From an uncultured Pseudohongiella sp. (GTDB lineage Bacteria > Pseudomonadota > Gammaproteobacteria > Pseudomonadales > Pseudohongiellaceae): a stretch of 64,000 nucleotides of DNA. The translations under genes and the position numbers were made by a program. The stretch lies in assembly GCA_964352355.1 (NCBI GenBank), contig CAYGRT010000013.1, forward strand, positions 6,828 to 70,827, in the 5' to 3' direction. Of the stretch, positions 36,698 through 46,359 are shown piece by piece (the first letter of the stretch is position 1; the number at the start of each line of letters is the position of its first letter). The notes below the pieces were generated by a model. It saw only the letters and a list, made by a program, of their open reading frames with translations. It was not told the origin of the DNA and made no database searches.

Positions 36698-37504
36698 ATG
36701 CTTTTGTACACCAGTTGCGACTTCTCGTTTGAAATAACCGAACCAACACCGTTTGTCCTGATGTTGAGGCCCAGAAGCGCAGCCAACCAATGGATAAGCC
36801 GAGAGCACTATGAAATTTTACCGCAAGTGCCAGCCGTAGAGTTTACAGATCAGTATGGAAATTTGTGTCAGCGATTAGTCGCGCCTGCGGGAGAATTTTT
36901 TGTACACACGGGTACAGAAGTTTCGGTGCCCGAGACTGTCCAAATCGCCAGAGGTGCGCCATTCATAGAGGTGCAACATCTCCCCGATAACGTGCTGAGT
37001 TATTTGCTGCCTAGCAGATACTGTGAATCCGATCGCTTCTGGCAAATGGCGACAGAAATCACCGACGGGCAGCTGCTTGGTTACGATCAAGTGGAGGCAA
37101 TAGAACAGTGGCTAGCAAAAAACATCGCCTACACGCCGGGCAGCAGTGACATACCTATTTCTGCCATTGAAGTTAACGGACGTCAAAGTGGAGTCTGTCG
37201 AGATCTCTCTCATTTAGGAATCGCACTGTGCAGAGCGTTGAGCATACCGGCGCGCCTAGTTGTTGGGTATCGCTATAAACTGGAACCAATGGACATGCAC
37301 GCCTGGTTCGAAGCCTTCGTAGGTGACCAGTGGTATACTTTCGATGCGGTGCAACACCAGACTAAAGGCGGTTATGTGGCGATCGGGTATGGTCGGGATG
37401 CAGCAGATGTGGCGGTTTACAACCAATTTGGTCCCTCAGTTTATCCCCTCGAACAATTAGTCGACGTTAAACGCTTACCCGAACCTGATTCTGGTACAAG
37501 CTGA
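36698..37504 (+). CDS. Transglutaminase-like cysteine protease-fold protein
   Basis: Core motifs GVCRDLSHL (Cys) and MHAWFEAFVGDQWYTFD (His/Asp). Confidence 0.75.
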   Translation: MLLYTSCDFSFEITEPTPFVLMLRPRSAANQWISREHYEILPQVPAVEFTDQYGNLCQRLVAPAGEFFVHTGTEVSVPETVQIARGAPFIEVQHLPDNVLSYLLPSRYCESDRFWQMATEITDGQLLGYDQVEAIEQWLAKNIAYTPGSSDIPISAIEVNGRQSGVCRDLSHLGIALCRALSIPARLVVGYRYKLEPMDMHAWFEAFVGDQWYTFDAVQHQTKGGYVAIGYGRDAADVAVYNQFGPSVYPLEQLVDVKRLPEPDSGTS

Positions 37505-37680
37505 GTGCCCCACCTAGGGCATCGAGTTTGCGGCGCAAACTTGAACGCTTCTTCAGTTTCAATGAACAAGTTTAGTTACCCTAAAACTTAGGCTGAAATC
37601 ATCAGAGGTATTGGCTTCAGAGTAAACATGACTAGCTACTAGTTGGGCCTCGGTTACAACGGCTGTTCTTGGACATCAGC

Positions 37681-38097
37681 ATGGACAAACTTTTCACTCT
37701 ACATAACGCTAAAAAACATGCGCCAGAAATAGACCACTGGCTTTCAGGCGAGCCCCACGACCTTCACACTATTGGTAGGCATTGGTTTTCTATAATGCGC
37801 AGCTGCGGTCAAGATGTGCGCGAGCTCATGCATGATGGCTACGCTGTTGCCTGCGTCCACAATGCACCCTTCGCTTACATTGGCATATTTACGAACCATG
37901 TGAACGTTGGCTTTTTCATGGGGGCAATGCTTTCTGATAGGAACCAGTTGATGGAAGGAACTGGCAAGAGAATGCGCCATGTAAAACTGAGGCCAGATGG
38001 AAATATCAATTCTGAAGCGCTAGAAACTCTGATACATAGCGCCTATGCCGACATGAAAACTCGACTGTCCCACCACGCCTCAGACCGGCAGGCTTAA
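37681..38097 (+). CDS. DUF1801 (YdhG-like) domain protein
   Basis: About 138 aa. ATG at 37681. The family call rests on overall pattern only. Confidence 0.45.
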   Translation: MDKLFTLHNAKKHAPEIDHWLSGEPHDLHTIGRHWFSIMRSCGQDVRELMHDGYAVACVHNAPFAYIGIFTNHVNVGFFMGAMLSDRNQLMEGTGKRMRHVKLRPDGNINSEALETLIHSAYADMKTRLSHHASDRQA

Positions 38098-40820
38098 GCT
38101 TCAGCCTTCTTTACATGGCCCGCATTGGTTGCGACAAGCTCTTTAACTTTAGTCAGCAATGCCTGAGTAGAAAAAGGTTTAGCGAGAAAAGGATGGCCTT
38201 TAGGAATATTTTCTGAGTAGCCCGACATCAATAGCGCTGGCAACTGCGGGTGAACTTCTCTTGCTTTTACAATTAACTTATCACCGGTCATATCTCCCGG
38301 CATGATTTGATCTGTAATAAGCAAACTCAAGTTATCGATGGTCGGTAATTTTTCCAGAGCATCAGCGCCATCCGCAGCAGTGACGACAGAGTAGCCGACG
38401 GATTCGAGCACCATAGTGGCTACATTGCGAATCTGTTCTTCATCCTCTACCAGCAAGAGAGTCACATTAACATCGCTTTCATCGGCACAAATATGATTAG
38501 CGGGTGTTTCCGGTTTGGAATTGGCTGCAGCGAAAATCAACTGCACTGTTGTTCCTTGCCCGACTTTACTCGTTATTTTTAATTCCGCACCGGACTGTTT
38601 TATAAACCCTTCAACCATGCTCAACCCTAAACCAGACCCCTCTGATAAAGGCTTAGTGGTATAAAACGGCTCACTGGCAGCTTCTAGTTGTTTTTCTGTC
38701 ATACCACAGCCACTGTCCGTTACTTCTATTATTACCTTCTCCTCCACCTTCATGGCAGACAGTAAGATGCGCCCTCCCGCACTGCTAGCTTCTCTAGCGT
38801 TAAGCAGAAGATTAATGATTGAACTAGTCAATTGCCCTGGATCAGTCTCAATCACAAGGTCTCCATTGGAATCGTCAAGGTGCGTATCTAAAGTGAAGGA
38901 TTCATCTATTGATCGGGCAAACATAGCTTTATTGGCTGCGAAATAGTGGGTGAGATCGATGGTTGTAGGCTGCAACACTTGCTGCCGCGCATAGGCCAAC
39001 AATCCCCTAGTGATGGCTTTTCCAGAATTCACTGCAGTTAATATATCTTCAGCGACTTTGCGCTGTTCGCTCGTTAAATTGCTTAATAGAAATTCTGACG
39101 ACAATTGAATGACCGTCATTATGTTGTTGAAGTCATGAGCAACACCGCCGGTTAACTGACCGATAATTCGCAGCTTGTCATCTTTGGCAACACGCACCTC
39201 CAACTCAGCCTTGCGCTGCTCCGATTCATATTTCTGCTTCAAGGCACGTTCCACCTGCAAACTACGTTCCTCGACCTCTTGCTTAAGTTGCTGCGCTGCT
39301 TTTCGCTGAATCAACGCCTCCCGCTGGTTAGCATCCCGACTGAGATACAGATAAACAAAGATCAAGAATGCGAACAAACTGGCTAAAGCCAGTAACTGAA
39401 TCAACTGACCTAAGCGGCGACTCGCCAACTCAGCACGCTCTCTTTCAAGCTGCAGTGCTAAAGACTGTTTTTGTAGGTCTAGCTCGTTATTCACTCTCAG
39501 TGCGGCGAGCCGCCTGCTGTAAATATCGCTCTGGGACTCGCGCAGAGACTCAATCGCTTGCTTGCTATGCATCAGCGCCGAGTTGTAATCGCCGATTGAT
39601 TCATAGGCGCTGGCCAACAAACTGTGAGCAGCCTCGAGCCCTGCCCGTAGGTCATTGGCTGCAAATTGGTCAAATAAATTATTCAAATAGCGTGCAGCCA
39701 ACTGGGGCTCACTGCGATTGATAAGAAGCTCAGCATAGGCCAAAGTAAGCTCTCGAAGCCTTACAGGATTATTGGCGTTAGTGGCGATATCGATTCCTGT
39801 TAAGAGTGCGGATTCAGCCTCTTCGATATTGCCCAGCCCCACATAAGCACCTGCTAAAGCTAGCTGCGCTTGAGCCTCACTGTCTTGGGTCACCGAAAAA
39901 TCATCACGCCTGAGCCAAGGTAACAGCCGGTCCAATGCTTCTTGATATTGACCTAGGCCAATTAAAGAGAGGGCTATTTGCGTATGCACTATGTACATTC
40001 GTGCTAACTGATTGGTTTCTTCTAACCACGGCAGTATCGCGTCATAGCCTTTGAGCGCTTCTTCATGATTAGCGCTTTGGGCCTGAACATAACCAAGGTT
40101 ATAGGCAAGAATTGAGGGAAGCATTTCATCAGGGGCTAATACGCCTTTTGCCTCATTGGCGGCATTGAAGGCCTCAATTGAAAGCTCAGGTAAACCAGAC
40201 AACATTAGAGCGACGCCGCGATTGTGGAGCAAATGAACACGCACCACCTCGTCTTCGAAATTAGGCAGTTGCAAGGCTGTTTCAAATTGACGTAGGGCTT
40301 GTTCCCCACGTCCCGCTCGAATGTAATAGTAGCCTAGTGCGTTAAGGGCTATGGCCTGGGCTTGATGATCATCTGCGCTAAGGGCGATCGCCTCTGCAAT
40401 TCTATTGCAAAAAGGTTCGGCCCTTTCAGATTCTCCTTGACGAATATTATGTTCGCATCGATAAGCGTTCACCATTACGCCAAAAGAGTCCGTTAGCAGC
40501 CGCTGGGGAATTGCATCGAGTATCTCCAGTGCCTCAGTGAAACTTGATTGGCCCAATTTGCGCACTATGGCCAATTTAATTTCTACGTTTTCCGGCGAGC
40601 TACGCTCTTCAGTGCGAAGCGCTTCAAGGGTTAAGCGGTGTAAGCGAGGTAAATCATTTGCTTCTGCTAACCCTGAAATGAAACAAAATCCTAAAACCAG
40701 CGCTGTTTTTATGGCTGGCAGTAGACTCGATGGCCGCTCTTTGGAGGGCGAACTGAAACCAGCACAAACTCTTGAGACAAGGATTGAAAGTACGATCGAT
40801 GCAGGCGAGTAAGCTATCAT
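38094..40820 (-). CDS. TPR-repeat hybrid sensor histidine kinase/response regulator
   Basis: About 450 aa of TPR-like repeats, one TM helix (LIQLLALASLFAFLIFVYLYL) and a coiled coil. H-box GGVAHDFNNIM, motifs DSGCGM and GSGLGLS, and receiver LLLVEDEE...LITDQIMPG. Confidence 0.8.
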   Translation of the reverse strand: MIAYSPASIVLSILVSRVCAGFSSPSKERPSSLLPAIKTALVLGFCFISGLAEANDLPRLHRLTLEALRTEERSSPENVEIKLAIVRKLGQSSFTEALEILDAIPQRLLTDSFGVMVNAYRCEHNIRQGESERAEPFCNRIAEAIALSADDHQAQAIALNALGYYYIRAGRGEQALRQFETALQLPNFEDEVVRVHLLHNRGVALMLSGLPELSIEAFNAANEAKGVLAPDEMLPSILAYNLGYVQAQSANHEEALKGYDAILPWLEETNQLARMYIVHTQIALSLIGLGQYQEALDRLLPWLRRDDFSVTQDSEAQAQLALAGAYVGLGNIEEAESALLTGIDIATNANNPVRLRELTLAYAELLINRSEPQLAARYLNNLFDQFAANDLRAGLEAAHSLLASAYESIGDYNSALMHSKQAIESLRESQSDIYSRRLAALRVNNELDLQKQSLALQLERERAELASRRLGQLIQLLALASLFAFLIFVYLYLSRDANQREALIQRKAAQQLKQEVEERSLQVERALKQKYESEQRKAELEVRVAKDDKLRIIGQLTGGVAHDFNNIMTVIQLSSEFLLSNLTSEQRKVAEDILTAVNSGKAITRGLLAYARQQVLQPTTIDLTHYFAANKAMFARSIDESFTLDTHLDDSNGDLVIETDPGQLTSSIINLLLNAREASSAGGRILLSAMKVEEKVIIEVTDSGCGMTEKQLEAASEPFYTTKPLSEGSGLGLSMVEGFIKQSGAELKITSKVGQGTTVQLIFAAANSKPETPANHICADESDVNVTLLLVEDEEQIRNVATMVLESVGYSVVTAADGADALEKLPTIDNLSLLITDQIMPGDMTGDKLIVKAREVHPQLPALLMSGYSENIPKGHPFLAKPFSTQALLTKVKELVATNAGHVKKAEA

Positions 40821-41168
40821 TGTCGAAAAAACGCGCTTAATATCGGTAGCTGCTTCCTAGCTGGATGGTCAATGACGTCCATATGTCGTAGGTCTCTCTC
40901 TATTTTCCCACCGCATTAGAGCAAAAGTCTTACATGAAAGAAATACATCAATATGACAAAATCCGAACGCGCGCCCATCAGTAATGCTATTCAGGGCTAA
41001 TTTACGAGTAGAAGTGATCGCAAACTCCTGCCACTAGAATGTGTCACTGTCTGCACACTAGAACCCAACCAAATTGCCGGGCAAGGCGCTCACTTTAGCT
41101 GGGGAGTGCAACTCAAGTCAGGCATCCAGCGAGATAAGCAGCGCGGATTGCGAATCCAATTAAGGAGA

Positions 41169-42854
41169 CTAAAACGAGCCTTTGATCTCGATTGAGAGCT
41201 GCAGTGCTGACACGCTGGGGTCGTTTCGATTACTCAGGGGCGTAGCCAGGTCGATATGGGCAACTCGGCTCGATGACGCCTTGCTCGACGCGAGCCGCAG
41301 ACCTAACCCTAAATTTGCTAGATACGAATCCTCTAAACCATCATCGACTCCGGGTTGCCAGGCTCTACCAAAGTCTGCAAATACCGCTGCACCAACTCGA
41401 ACCAAATTAAACCAGTGCATATCGCTATACAGCCGCTGCTCAATGGTTGCAACAAACGATCTATCACCGGCTTGAAATCTGTTATCGAAGGCCCGCGCAC
41501 CTGCGAAACCTCCCATCACTAATTGCCGATTGGGATTGAGGTTTTTACTTAGGCTGGCTTCAAGTTTCGCAAAAAACGCCAATCGTTCAGATTGCCTTCT
41601 GAAATATCGTGATTCATAGTGCGCTACAAAATCTTCCAGTTCTCCATTTTGCCTATTCCAGAACCCATCCATGCTGAATTCGTGCTGCCAGAGTCGAGTA
41701 CCATCGAAGCGCAGTGTGTCTGAAAAACTGGCACCGATGACTAGACGATCTACATCCGATCCGAATGCCTCAGCAGCAAAACCCAAAGTTGCAGTGAAGT
41801 TACTGCCAAGCAGTAGATCTTCGGTTAAATAAATTTGGTCCAGATTTACGGCAGTAACATAGTTGTCTTCGATGGATTCATAGGCCACAAAGGGATAGGA
41901 CAGTGTGCGATCGAGGGGAAACTGCGCGGGTGGTGGTAGAAACTCGTCTCGTGAAAATTCATCTTGCCGGAACCCAAAGCCCATCGTAAAACGCCGGCTA
42001 TAACCATCAACTAAACCTGCTGAAATACCATACTCAATTGAATAATTATGAGTATCGTGAACCACCGCCGCTACCTCTTGTCCTCTAAGAAACAATTCAT
42101 CAACCCGCTCATCGGCCTCAAGCAGCAGTTTCCAACTTTGGCGAGAATCTAATTCAAAAAAAGGCAGCCCTATTTCAAATAGGGCAGTAGAACCATCATC
42201 ACTGGACACAAACGCCGTTCGATTGCTCAAGCGCGAGCCGTAAAGATTATTATCCTCGTAAATAATTTCAGAGGATCGACGATCGATGTCATTGCTTATC
42301 CCTACTTGGAGGGAGTTACCTAAACCGAATATATTGGTATCACGCAGACCGACTCCAAAGCTGTTCTCGCCACCGGATCGATCAAATGACAAATTAGGTG
42401 TAAAACTCCAACTATCCCGAGTAATCACCTCTAGGTCCACTTTGTCACCACAAACTCGAAATGGACGAATATCTGCATCAAAGAAATAACCTTGGGCACG
42501 AAGTAGGCGCTGAGATTCCAGCAGTAAGCGAGGTTCGAATTTTTCGTCTTTTGCAAACAATAGTTGCTGGTTTACTATTTCTTCCCGTGTTAGAAAATGC
42601 GCTCGGTTGGCCCATCGATAGAGCCAGTTATTTTCCTCTGGGTCGTTTTCATTGAACACTGGCAGTCGAGTGATTTCGATTGAATCGATAACAAATTCGC
42701 CCTCGGGCAGTTCAATCGGTTCTCTTTCCCGAACAAACGGATAGCTGCTGGAAGCTGGCACAAAGGCATCATGACAATTGGGAAAAGACTGAGCTGAAGC
42801 AAAAGAGCTACCAGCGAAAAGCCAGCTTCCAATAATGAAATCGCTGTATTTCAC
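41169..42854 (-). CDS. Omp85-superfamily outer-membrane protein (single POTRA-like domain plus beta-barrel)
   Basis: Signal peptide, a POTRA-like segment (IDSIEITRLPVFNE...DLEVITRDSWS), alternating beta-strand patterns, and a C-terminal aromatic residue (IEIKGSF). Confidence 0.6.
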   Translation of the reverse strand: MKYSDFIIGSWLFAGSSFASAQSFPNCHDAFVPASSSYPFVREREPIELPEGEFVIDSIEITRLPVFNENDPEENNWLYRWANRAHFLTREEIVNQQLLFAKDEKFEPRLLLESQRLLRAQGYFFDADIRPFRVCGDKVDLEVITRDSWSFTPNLSFDRSGGENSFGVGLRDTNIFGLGNSLQVGISNDIDRRSSEIIYEDNNLYGSRLSNRTAFVSSDDGSTALFEIGLPFFELDSRQSWKLLLEADERVDELFLRGQEVAAVVHDTHNYSIEYGISAGLVDGYSRRFTMGFGFRQDEFSRDEFLPPPAQFPLDRTLSYPFVAYESIEDNYVTAVNLDQIYLTEDLLLGSNFTATLGFAAEAFGSDVDRLVIGASFSDTLRFDGTRLWQHEFSMDGFWNRQNGELEDFVAHYESRYFRRQSERLAFFAKLEASLSKNLNPNRQLVMGGFAGARAFDNRFQAGDRSFVATIEQRLYSDMHWFNLVRVGAAVFADFGRAWQPGVDDGLEDSYLANLGLGLRLASSKASSSRVAHIDLATPLSNRNDPSVSALQLSIEIKGSF

Positions 42855-42958
42855 AAAGAGTCCTAAATTTAAAAAGAGAAGCTTGCTTATGAGAAAAGCC
42901 TTAAATTGATCATAGCAACCGCGACTTGAGTGTCAATCCGGAAAAGACTGTAGGCATC

Positions 42959-43588
42959 ATGAATCTTAAAATTTCAAGGTTGGCGCTTTTAGTAGGCATT
43001 CTTCCAACGATAGCGATTAATGCAATTTACCTGCTGGCAGCGTCTGAAGGGTCGGTGCCTTGGTGCAATCCCTATTGGGACGGCTGTACGTCAATTAGCG
43101 CCACGGGTCGCCACGGAACTGCCTTCATCGTTTTCAAGTTGACCATGCTTCCCATTGCCATACTTTATGCACTCTACTGGCACCAGACTCAAAAACAGCT
43201 GCAACATCGAGGCTACAAAAGCTCAAGTATAATCCTATTGGGCTACCTATCGGTCGCGGCCCTGTGTTTGTATGTGGCGACTCTAGGATTAGTGGGCGAC
43301 AGTTTTCAGCTCAGCCGCAGAATAGGCATTATTTTTTATTTCACGTTTACTTATCTTTGTCAGCTGTTGGCACTTTATCAGCTTTACACCCTATCCATTA
43401 GTCTCCCTGGTAGATCGCTGCAATTAATCCTAAGCCTCGCTATATTAGCCATTGGCGTTTTAACGTTAATTCTTGGTCTTGTCTTAGATAACTACAGTGA
43501 CTACGAGGATGCTTTTGAGTGGAATATTGCCCTGTTATTACATGCAGGTTTCATACTAAACTGGTGGGGATGGCGGCGCATGGACTAA
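42959..43588 (+). CDS. Polytopic membrane protein, unknown function
   Basis: About 209 aa with 5-6 hydrophobic helices. ATG at 42959. Confidence 0.45.
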   Translation: MNLKISRLALLVGILPTIAINAIYLLAASEGSVPWCNPYWDGCTSISATGRHGTAFIVFKLTMLPIAILYALYWHQTQKQLQHRGYKSSSIILLGYLSVAALCLYVATLGLVGDSFQLSRRIGIIFYFTFTYLCQLLALYQLYTLSISLPGRSLQLILSLAILAIGVLTLILGLVLDNYSDYEDAFEWNIALLLHAGFILNWWGWRRMD

Positions 43589-43596
43589 CACCCGTT

Positions 43597-44412
43597 CTAA
43601 GCCTTCACCAACACCGTGAGATTAAAATCCGCCGTAACCGTCCCAAGCTGAAGGATAGCTTCTTGCCTCTCATTTTCCTGAGCCGACCAATAAAAAGGCG
43701 TCATCATCAAAAGGTTTTCTCGGCTACTAGTCTCATTAAGAGCAAGCTCAAATCTTAGCGAATCCTGTATCAGTGGCTCAAAACCCTCCGGCGATCGAAC
43801 ATCAACTTCATGATGTGCTGCCTCTGCATATAGCTCTTGCTTCAACTCAAACAAGTGGTCAGGCCCCGGCGTGACTCGCAGCCATAATCCCTCTTGTCTC
43901 AATATTCTTCGAACTTCTTCATCTTTCGCTGGCGCAAATATTTGCAACAACAGATCAACACTTTGATTGCTCTTAGGGATAGCGAAGCTGCTGGCCACGG
44001 CAAAATTGATCGCTGGGTACTTTTTTGCCGCCTTAGCAATGGCCCATTTTGATATATCATGGCCACTGACCTCTACTGCATAGTTGAGCTCGGTTAACGC
44101 GTTACTCACTCCGTGGGTGTAATACCCTTCACCGCATCCTGCGTCATGCAGGCATAGGGAGGCAAGGTTTGAATGAGAATCAACTAAGCGGGTGATACGT
44201 TGGATCAAAGGGGAATAATAGTGGCGGTCCAAAAATTCACGCCGGGCGTTTATCATTAGCTTGTTGTCACCGGGGTTTTGACTGCTTTTCTGATTTGGCA
44301 ACAGCAAATTAACATAGCCTTCACTGGCGCAATCAAAGGAATGGGCATTACTACAGCGCCATGACTTCAACTCTCGAACGAGCGGGAGGCGACAAATTGG
44401 GCAAGACCACAT
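43597..44412 (-). CDS. rlmA: 23S rRNA (guanine745-N1)-methyltransferase
   Basis: N-terminal Zn-finger motif CPICRLPL...C..AHSFD. Motifs EGYVNLL and SAM-binding DAGCGEGYYTH, with ATPGP-type TPGPDHLFELK. The order is collinear with E. coli RlmA as I recall it. Confidence 0.85.
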   Translation of the reverse strand: MWSCPICRLPLVRELKSWRCSNAHSFDCASEGYVNLLLPNQKSSQNPGDNKLMINARREFLDRHYYSPLIQRITRLVDSHSNLASLCLHDAGCGEGYYTHGVSNALTELNYAVEVSGHDISKWAIAKAAKKYPAINFAVASSFAIPKSNQSVDLLLQIFAPAKDEEVRRILRQEGLWLRVTPGPDHLFELKQELYAEAAHHEVDVRSPEGFEPLIQDSLRFELALNETSSRENLLMMTPFYWSAQENERQEAILQLGTVTADFNLTVLVKA

Positions 44413-44619
44413 AGGCAGAGCGGTGATGGTTCAAAATGAGCAGTGTACGTGAATTCGCCCGTTAAGCCACGCTTAAGCAATAGGGCTATATAATTGGAAC
44501 TTTAGCAAAAATCGTAGCGTCTAATTCATTGGATTGAATAAAAGCAACAAATGCCTTGGCCTTCTCAATACTGTAGACTTACGTTTTGCACCCAACCCTG
44601 CCCGTTGCAATCAAACATA

Positions 44620-46359
44620 ATGACTAAAACTAGATCTCTAATGTCCCTGAGAGCCTGTTCTATTTGGCCGATTCTGGCGTTGTGTTTAGTATTCAGCAAC
44701 GTCCATGGACAGTCTGTGCAGATAGTTGGTGCCAATGCCGCGCTAGAGCGAAATATTCGCGCGCATATCGGCACACCGGCAGCGGATTGCGACAGCTCTC
44801 CTCGGCGTCTTGCCCGCTTGTTGCCTGATATCAAATCTAAACTACTGCGCGCCAGTCGAGCGCTGGGCTACTACCAACTCAGCCATGAAGTAAGTTTTGA
44901 GAAAGAAGATGCCTGCTGGGTACTAAATGTCAGCGTGCAGCCGGGGGAACCCGTCCTCATCAACGCAGTAAACATTAACATCCAATCTATGGGTGATTTG
45001 TTTCGCCAAACTACCGCGGCCAACCAACTGGCACCGGGCGAGCAGTTAAATCATGCGAGGTATGAACAGATCAAGACCAATTTAAGTTCTAGGGCAATCG
45101 AATTGGGTTTTTTTTCCGCCCGTTTTGTGAGTTCGGAAATAGCCTTAGATTTGGCAACCAACCTTGCAGATATAAATATCACTTTTGACCCAGGCACCCA
45201 CTACCGCTTTGGTGATGTCAACATTACTCCCATAGACGAGCTATCAAACACGTTCATTCGGCGCCTAGTTGTGTTGCCAGAGGAAGGGTTTTATTCCTCA
45301 AGTGCGCTTATCCAGTTGCGTAACCAGTTGAGCGATAGCCAATATTTTAGTGACATCACGGTTACGCCTGACATCGAATCTTTATCCGAAGACGCTGTCC
45401 CAATTCAAGTAGCGCTGCAGATGCTACCCCAGCGCGTCTACTCCGCCGGCGTTGGACTAACTACAGATATCGGACCCCGTGTGCGAGGTGACTATACTAA
45501 TCGTTACCTTAATGAAGGTGGGCACAAATTAAGCGCGAGCACTGGCCTCTCACCATTAGAGCAGCAAATTGATCTCAGCTATGTGATACCAATGCAGCGC
45601 CCAGCAATCGATAAGCTACGCCTATCTGCTGGCGTGCTCAGGGAAGACAATGACACTTTTGAGAGCACCACCACTCGCCTTGGTGTGCGCTATGAGACTA
45701 TCAACCGCTGGAATTGGCGACAAACCTGGTTTAGCAATTTACAAAACGATATTTATAAAATTAATGATGAAGATGAGTCTTCCAATCTTTTGATACTCGG
45801 CAACAGTCTAACTCGTACCGTTGCCGATGATGCGCTTTACCCACAAAAGGGTTGGCGCTTGTTTGGACAAGTGCAGGGGGCAAGTGAGACTCTTTTATCC
45901 ACTGAAACTTTTGGCCAGTTAAACTTAACAGCAAAAACAGTTCAGTCTTTAGGCCCGGGCCGAGTTATTGCACGGGCAACACTCGGCGCCACTTGGACCA
46001 ATAATCTAGACGGACTGCCGGTATCGGTCCAGTATTTTGCCGGGGGTGACCAGAGTGTGCGAGGTTATCAATACCAATCACTGGGGCCGCTCAACGAGAA
46101 TGGTGAAGTAATTGGTGGTAAGCATTTATTGTCGGGCAGCCTCGAATATGACTTCAATATTTTACCTAATTGGAAACTGGCGGTATTTGCTGATTCCGGC
46201 AATGCGTTTTCCGATTTTACAGATTTAAAATTTAAGACTGGCGCTGGTATGGGTGTTCGATGGCTATCTCCAATCGGGCCTGTTCGTGTTGACTTGGCCT
46301 CAGCCCTCGATGACGACAATAAGATTCGGTTGCACATCACCATGGGGCCTGAGTTTTAA
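44620..46359 (+). CDS. tamA: Translocation and assembly module outer-membrane subunit TamA
   Basis: ATG at 44620 gives a signal peptide. POTRA repeats are followed by an Omp85 barrel (QYFAGGDQSVRGY, ...RLHITMGPEF). The stop overlaps the tamB start. Confidence 0.75.
   Translation: MTKTRSLMSLRACSIWPILALCLVFSNVHGQSVQIVGANAALERNIRAHIGTPAADCDSSPRRLARLLPDIKSKLLRASRALGYYQLSHEVSFEKEDACWVLNVSVQPGEPVLINAVNINIQSMGDLFRQTTAANQLAPGEQLNHARYEQIKTNLSSRAIELGFFSARFVSSEIALDLATNLADINITFDPGTHYRFGDVNITPIDELSNTFIRRLVVLPEEGFYSSSALIQLRNQLSDSQYFSDITVTPDIESLSEDAVPIQVALQMLPQRVYSAGVGLTTDIGPRVRGDYTNRYLNEGGHKLSASTGLSPLEQQIDLSYVIPMQRPAIDKLRLSAGVLREDNDTFESTTTRLGVRYETINRWNWRQTWFSNLQNDIYKINDEDESSNLLILGNSLTRTVADDALYPQKGWRLFGQVQGASETLLSTETFGQLNLTAKTVQSLGPGRVIARATLGATWTNNLDGLPVSVQYFAGGDQSVRGYQYQSLGPLNENGEVIGGKHLLSGSLEYDFNILPNWKLAVFADSGNAFSDFTDLKFKTGAGMGVRWLSPIGPVRVDLASALDDDNKIRLHITMGPEF

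Noticed and set aside
41032-41063. Direct repeat CACTAGAA (41032-41039 and 41056-41063) in the 348-bp region upstream of the TPR kinase gene, plus a small palindrome GGATTGCGAATCC just downstream of the Omp85 gene.
   Set aside because: These are short motifs that could arise by chance, and I recognise no consensus in them. They are noted only as possible regulator or terminator elements.
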